The notes beneath the pieces were generated by a model. The model saw only the letters and a list, made by a program, of their open reading frames with translations, searched no databases and was not told where the DNA came from. The position numbers and the translations under genes were made by a program. Of a stretch of DNA of 10,744 nucleotides, positions 6,856 through 10,744 are shown one piece after another (within the stretch, counting starts at the first letter, position 1; each line of letters opens with the position of its first letter). The DNA is from Candidatus Pacearchaeota archaeon (lineage in GTDB: Archaea; Nanobdellota; Nanobdellia; Pacearchaeales; GW2011-AR1), in NCBI GenBank assembly GCA_016866975.1, contig VGKP01000022.1, positions 1-10,744 of the forward strand, read 5' to 3'.

Positions 6856-7467
6856 TCAGTAAGATTCCTTGTATCTGCCTCTACTTTCAACAAGCTTAAA
6901 TCTCTGCAAGACCAAAGAATAGTTTTTTGAAATCTTGTATCCTTGCATCACTGCCTTGAAGCACTTCTTAAAATCCCTATGATGCCTAGCTTCTAGAGCT
7001 TCTTTAATCAGATGCAGGTCAACTGCTTTGTCCTCTATACGACTTGATTCGAAACCTAGGCCGAAGTCAATGAAGTAAACGGAATTGTTTGGAGAGAGAA
7101 TCATGTTACTTGTTGTCAAGTCTCCGTGAATTATGTTTGCATCGTGAAGTTTTGCAATCTGAGAGCCTATCTTTCTGCAAATCGCAATTTTATTCTTTAA
7201 TTTATCTAAACAATCCGAAATCTTCTTGCCATTTATGTACTCCAATTCTATCAAAGACTTATCTTCAGAGAATGAAATCAACTCTGGGACAGGCACAATT
7301 GAAGATGCTTTCCTTATCAATCTAACTTCTTTTCTCGTCCTACTCTTTCTTATCTTTTCATCTAACTGAGATAATCTGTAACCTTTTTTGATCCTATTTT
7401 TGACAACTCTGTCTCTTTCTTTAAAAATTATGGCCTCTGCTCCTTGAGATATTACTTCAGAAATCAT
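6856..7467 (-). CDS. bud32: KEOPS complex kinase Bud32 (stand-alone, 203 aa)
   Basis: QGAEAII, RIKKGYR, RTRKEVRL, IIHGDLTTSNMIL, IDFGLG, EDKAVDLH and VESRGRY. Confidence 0.95.
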   Translation of the reverse strand: MISEVISQGAEAIIFKERDRVVKNRIKKGYRLSQLDEKIRKSRTRKEVRLIRKASSIVPVPELISFSEDKSLIELEYINGKKISDCLDKLKNKIAICRKIGSQIAKLHDANIIHGDLTTSNMILSPNNSVYFIDFGLGFESSRIEDKAVDLHLIKEALEARHHRDFKKCFKAVMQGYKISKNYSLVLQRFKLVESRGRYKESY

Positions 7468-7468
7468 A

Positions 7469-7711
7469 TTAGTCTTCTTGCAGATAGTTTCTTATCCCTT
7501 GTAAGGTATATCCTCCACAATCATCGTTAAAGAACAGCATCAACTCTTCATATCCTTTCTCATCCGTAGTATCTATCCTGGACAGACCAACTTCTTTCTG
7601 TCTGCAAAATTGAGATATCAAGGGCAGATTATTGATAAATTCCCCATAAATATTCGGAGCTAGGTCTCTTGTAAATAATATATCTGCAGTCTCGAATCTT
7701 AATTCCAACAT
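7469..7711 (-). CDS. Hypothetical protein (80 aa), co-oriented between srp54 and bud32
   Basis: Its start overlaps the srp54 stop by 1 nt and its stop lies 1 nt before the bud32 start, which suggests translational coupling. Confidence 0.65.
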   Translation of the reverse strand: MLELRFETADILFTRDLAPNIYGEFINNLPLISQFCRQKEVGLSRIDTTDEKGYEELMLFFNDDCGGYTLQGIRNYLQED

Positions 7712-9084
7712 CAGAATTTTACCTTCCTAGCAAATTTCTTTGCAAACTTCATCATTGTCTTCTGGTCTAACGCTCCTGACTCAAGGCCTTTCATTGCGGA
7801 TCCTGAGTGCATCATTTCCTTGAGGAGCCTATATTGTTTGATGAGGGCGCGAATATCGGAAGTTGTTGTTCCTGAACCTTTTGCGATACGGGCAATGCGA
7901 GAGGTCTGCTTCTCTAATATCTCAGGGTTTTCTTTCTCTTCTCTTGTCATAGATTTAATTGCTGCTTTCCAGTGTTTCATCTGATTTTCCTGCTTACTGA
8001 CTGCTTCAGTAGGCACTTTATCCTTGAGATGCCCTAATCCAGGAATATGTGAAAGCAATTTGTCAAAAGAACCCATCCCTGCCATTGACTCTAATTGTGA
8101 TGCGAAGTCATCTAAAGAAAACTTGCCTTCTTCAAGCCTTTTTTGTTGGGCCTCAATAGCGCTTTTGTCCACTACTGAGTGTATCTTTTCAAGCAACGAT
8201 TTAAGATCTCCCATGCCTAAAAGACGAGAGAGGAATGAGTCTGGGTCGAATGACTCAAGGTCCGATGGTTTTTCTCCAGTGCCTATAAATACTATAGGGG
8301 CTTTCACTTCTGCACATGCAGTAAGTGCACCTCCTGCTTTTGCCGTAGAATCCATTTTGGTAATTATCACACCCGTTATATCAAGGGCTTCTTTAAATGT
8401 CTGAGCTTGTTTTTTTGCCGTCTGGCCTACATCTGCAGACATTACAAGAAATGTCTCTGTTGGCTTTGCCAATTTTGCTATATCTTTTATCTCTTTTATT
8501 AGGTCTGAGGAGAGAGCGTCTCGGCCCGCAGTGTCAATAATGACTAGAGAGTATTTCTTTAATTCTGGCTCGAATTTTTTCCATATTTTCTTGGGGTCTT
8601 TTTCTTCTGGGGAAATGAAGGCTGGTATGTTTAACTTGTCGCAGAGTTGTTTCAACTGATCTGATGCGGCGGGTCGATGGACATCCAGTCCAATCGCGCA
8701 GACCTTGTTGCCTCTCTTGGCATAATATGACGCAAGCTTACTAATTGTAGTGGTCTTTCCTTGCCCATAAAGGCCGAGCATCATAAAAATGTTTCCCCTC
8801 TCTTTTAGCATGATATCTTTCTTTTCCCCTAAAAGACGTACCAGCTCTTCATGAAGGAGTTTAATGATATGTTCTTTTTTCTCAAGGCCTTTTATACGTT
8901 CATCCAAAGCAGCCTGCTTTATCTTCTTAGTAATTTCTAACACCAAGGAAATATTGACATCTGCTTCAATCAATGCCCTTTGAAGGTCTTTGATAATTTG
9001 GTCAACTAGTGCCTTGTCAAGAAAGATAGCATTCGCTATTTTATCTGTTGCTTTTTGCAGGACTGAAGAGAGTTTTTCTAACAT
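7711..9084 (-). CDS. srp54: Signal recognition particle 54 kDa protein (archaeal SRP54)
   Basis: N-domain LIEADVN, G1 GLYGQGKTTT, DVHRPAA, DTAGR, TKMD, GGALT, GTGEK, LLGMGDL, and a Met-rich M domain with IKSMTREE and RIAKGSG. Confidence 0.97.
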   Translation of the reverse strand: MLEKLSSVLQKATDKIANAIFLDKALVDQIIKDLQRALIEADVNISLVLEITKKIKQAALDERIKGLEKKEHIIKLLHEELVRLLGEKKDIMLKERGNIFMMLGLYGQGKTTTISKLASYYAKRGNKVCAIGLDVHRPAASDQLKQLCDKLNIPAFISPEEKDPKKIWKKFEPELKKYSLVIIDTAGRDALSSDLIKEIKDIAKLAKPTETFLVMSADVGQTAKKQAQTFKEALDITGVIITKMDSTAKAGGALTACAEVKAPIVFIGTGEKPSDLESFDPDSFLSRLLGMGDLKSLLEKIHSVVDKSAIEAQQKRLEEGKFSLDDFASQLESMAGMGSFDKLLSHIPGLGHLKDKVPTEAVSKQENQMKHWKAAIKSMTREEKENPEILEKQTSRIARIAKGSGTTTSDIRALIKQYRLLKEMMHSGSAMKGLESGALDQKTMMKFAKKFARKVKF

Positions 9085-9893
9085 GATAATGTGTCTAATG
9101 GACTCCTTATATTCTTTATGGAATGTTGAGATATGTGGGTATATATCTGAGTTGTTTTTATATCACTATGTCCCAAGAGCTTTTGAATTACTTTTAAATC
9201 TGTTCCTTGCTCGAGCAAGTGAGTGGCGAAACTGTGGCGCAGAAGATGAGGATAGACCTCTTTAGTAATCCTTGCCCTTATTGCCGCTTTCTCAACAATT
9301 GCCTGAATTGTAGCAGTAGTAAGTTTTCCACCTCTTTGAGATTGAAATAAGACTGTTCCCTGCGTTAAAACAGAATAGTTTTTCAACTTCTCTTTAATTG
9401 ATTCCGGTATTTTTACAAACCTGTCTTTTTTTCCTTTTGCCATTCTTATATGAATCAGACCTTCTTCAAAATTCAAGTCGTTTTTGTTTAAAGAGACAAT
9501 TTCTGAAACGCGGAGACCGCATCCATAAAGCACCTTAAGAATTAATTCATGCTTTACATTGAGAGGAGCATTAATTAATTTTCCAGCTTCTTCTTTTGTC
9601 AATATATCGGGTAAGATTTTATTTCTTTTCGGGCGCGGAATATTTATTTTGATATTAAGAACTTTTTCAAAGAAAAACTGAATTGCGAAAATTTCATGTG
9701 CAATCGTAGAAGGGGCTTGTGTCTTTATCTGAATTTGAATATAATCCTTAACTTCTTGTTCGCTAAACTGCTTGTTCTTTAAATAGTTTAAGAATTTATT
9801 TAGCGAGTTCGTATAACTTTTGAGAGTTTTGTGTGAAAAATTACGGATTTCAATCTCTTGCTGAAGTTTTTGCAGAGCTTCTTCTTTGTTCAT
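9078..9893 (-). CDS. Tyrosine recombinase (Xer/IntI-related, 271 aa) lacking the IntI-specific insertion
   Basis: Catalytic set YGCGLRVSE (R), AKGKKDR (K), HLLRHSFATH (HxxR), LLGHSDIKTTQIYTH (H, Y). N-terminal SAM-like IRNFSHKTLKSY and C-terminal IRSPLD. TATA-like ATTTAAAA (9915-9922, - strand) 21 nt upstream. Confidence 0.92.
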   Translation of the reverse strand: MNKEEALQKLQQEIEIRNFSHKTLKSYTNSLNKFLNYLKNKQFSEQEVKDYIQIQIKTQAPSTIAHEIFAIQFFFEKVLNIKINIPRPKRNKILPDILTKEEAGKLINAPLNVKHELILKVLYGCGLRVSEIVSLNKNDLNFEEGLIHIRMAKGKKDRFVKIPESIKEKLKNYSVLTQGTVLFQSQRGGKLTTATIQAIVEKAAIRARITKEVYPHLLRHSFATHLLEQGTDLKVIQKLLGHSDIKTTQIYTHISQHSIKNIRSPLDTLSC

Positions 9894-9948
9894 TTCTGCA
9901 TCATAGACTTTATCTTTTAAATATTTATGCTTATACCCTTTATTAGCA

Positions 9949-9976
9949 TGGTATCATAAATGTAATTATGATGCCA
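9949..9976. other. dif-like recombinase site (11-6-11)
   Basis: TGGTATCATAA-ATGTAA-TTATGATGCCA. The arms are inverted repeats (10/11), with the CATAA-N6-TTATG core of Xer dif sites, 55 nt upstream of the recombinase ATG. Confidence 0.7.
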
Positions 9977-9980
9977 TAGT

Positions 9981-9989
9981 GTTATACGC
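9981..9989 (+). other. Putative cassette insertion point (attI/R'-like core, G|TTATACGC)
   Basis: GTTATACGC is the exact reverse complement of GCGTATAAC at 10543-10551, at the far end of the cassette. Confidence 0.65.
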
Positions 9990-9991
9990 AA

Positions 9992-10006
9992 TAAAAACGA
10001 AGCCCC
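9992..10006. repeat. Left 15-bp inverted repeat bracketing the cassette ORF
   Basis: TAAAAACGAAGCCCC, perfect reverse complement of 10481-10495. Confidence 0.85.
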
Positions 10007-10070
10007 ACCTCGCGCTATGCGCGAAGACAAAACACAAACTATTTAAACTAAAAGATTTTAAGTGAATGAT

Positions 10071-10478
10071 ATGAGAAAAGGAGAATCTTCATTTAACAAT
10101 CTCAACAAAGTTCTTATAGGATTACTCATAATTGGATTAATCTCAAAATTATACAATCTCTATTTGAATAGAGCTACCTTCGAAAACTTTAATTTCATGT
10201 TTTCTTGGACACTAATTTTGGCTTTTGTTCTTCCTTTAATTTTCATTTACGGAGCAATCAAGCAATCAAAGTTTTGGTATATTGTTATGGGCATCTGGGT
10301 TTTTAGAGAGTTTGATAATATGTGGACAAATTATGTGATTGCTCCTTTAATGTTGGGAACAAAAGACCAATACTTCTTGTATAATTTTGCAATAACATTA
10401 TTACTTCTTGGAATAGCAGTAATTGGAGTAATCCTATACTTAAAATCTTTTAAAACAATAAAAGAAGCAGTTGAATAG
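10071..10478 (+). CDS. Hypothetical 4-TM membrane protein (135 aa from ATG 10071), cassette cargo
   Basis: Four hydrophobic segments. TATA-like TTTAAACT (10042-10049) lies 21 nt before ATG 10071, which favours that start over GTG 10062. Confidence 0.8.
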   Translation: MRKGESSFNNLNKVLIGLLIIGLISKLYNLYLNRATFENFNFMFSWTLILAFVLPLIFIYGAIKQSKFWYIVMGIWVFREFDNMWTNYVIAPLMLGTKDQYFLYNFAITLLLLGIAVIGVILYLKSFKTIKEAVE

Positions 10479-10480
10479 TA

Positions 10481-10495
10481 GGGGCTTCGTTTTTA
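10481..10495. repeat. Right 15-bp inverted repeat bracketing the cassette ORF
   Basis: GGGGCTTCGTTTTTA, 2 nt after the stop codon. Confidence 0.85.
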
Positions 10496-10497
10496 CT

Positions 10498-10540
10498 TTC
10501 TCGCTACGCTCGAACCACATTGCATTCTCGCTTACGCTCG
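10498..10540. repeat. Short direct repeat TTCTCGC(T)TACGCTCG, two copies
   Basis: 10498-10512 and 10525-10540 differ by one inserted T. Confidence 0.75.
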
Positions 10541-10544
10541 GGGC

Positions 10545-10656
10545 GTATAACAGCGATTTAACGGCTCGGAGGTTGCACCTCCTCAACCCATATTTTTTGC
10601 TTATTGATTATTTTTTTAGATAGTGCAAAAAACATCGTTAAATCGCGATGTTATAT
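10545..10656 (+). other. attC-like folded recombination site (112 nt)
   Basis: R''-like GTATAAC (10545-51) and R'-like GTTATAT (10650-56). TATAACA pairs with TGTTATA; GCGATTTAACG (10553-63) pairs perfectly with CGTTAAATCGC (10636-46); 2-nt GA bulge at 10647-48. Inner stems GGAGGT/ACCTCC and TTTTTTGC/GCAAAAAA. Confidence 0.7.
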
Positions 10657-10744
10657 TCAATCGTCGTGTAGAATTATAGAAGGGGGAGCCGTCGCACGAG
10701 GTTCCTTCGGAACAGATAGTCTTCAGCTTCGCTTCAGAATTATT

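Larger units (their letters stand above)
9982..10650 (+). mobile_element. Integron-like gene cassette (about 669 bp) with one membrane-protein gene and an attC-like site
   Basis: Bounded by GTT cores at 9981 and 10650. Contains one ORF, 15-bp bracketing inverted repeats and an attC-like hairpin; oriented divergently from the recombinase. Confidence 0.65.

Noticed and set aside
8750-8780. SRP54 G1 motif GLYGQGKT instead of the common GLQGSGKT
   Set aside because: The GxxGxGKT consensus and all other GTPase motifs are intact; ordinary divergence.
5973-9265. Track ORFs 5973-6167, 6497-6814, 7089-7325, 8024-8404 and 8990-9265
   Set aside because: Antisense to well-supported genes.
9078-9893. 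Calling the recombinase intI or xerA
   Set aside because: It lacks the IntI-specific insertion, and orthology to chromosomal XerA cannot be shown without a phylogeny, so the symbol is left blank.
10062-10070. GTG start at 10062 for the cassette ORF
   Set aside because: Promoter spacing favours ATG 10071.

Overview
Compact archaeal chromosome segment, probably DPANN (Pacearchaeota/Woesearchaeota-like; inferred from archaeal SRP54, stand-alone Bud32, TATA promoters and a bacterial-type AlaRS). Housekeeping and accessory genes: uppP, a short alaS, a VapBC toxin-antitoxin pair with a 24-bp palindromic operator, a metallophosphoesterase, an SCP2-like membrane-anchored protein, bud32, srp54, several hypotheticals and a 58-aa zinc-ribbon gene missed by the ORF track. 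Two unexplained systems stand out. (1) At 9078-10744 there is an integron-like platform. Its tyrosine recombinase has IntI-like N- and C-termini but lacks the IntI-specific insertion. It is followed divergently by a dif-like 11-6-11 site, a GTTATAC crossover point, a one-gene cassette bracketed by 15-bp inverted repeats, an attC-like hairpin and the start of a second cassette. (2) Three copies of a short non-coding double-hairpin element (117, 61 and 115 nt) show compensatory base changes. All three interrupt coding sequences at a reconstructed TTAT^GA target, and they share a stem motif with the cassette boundaries. All structure and family calls were made by eye; no searches or folding programs were run.
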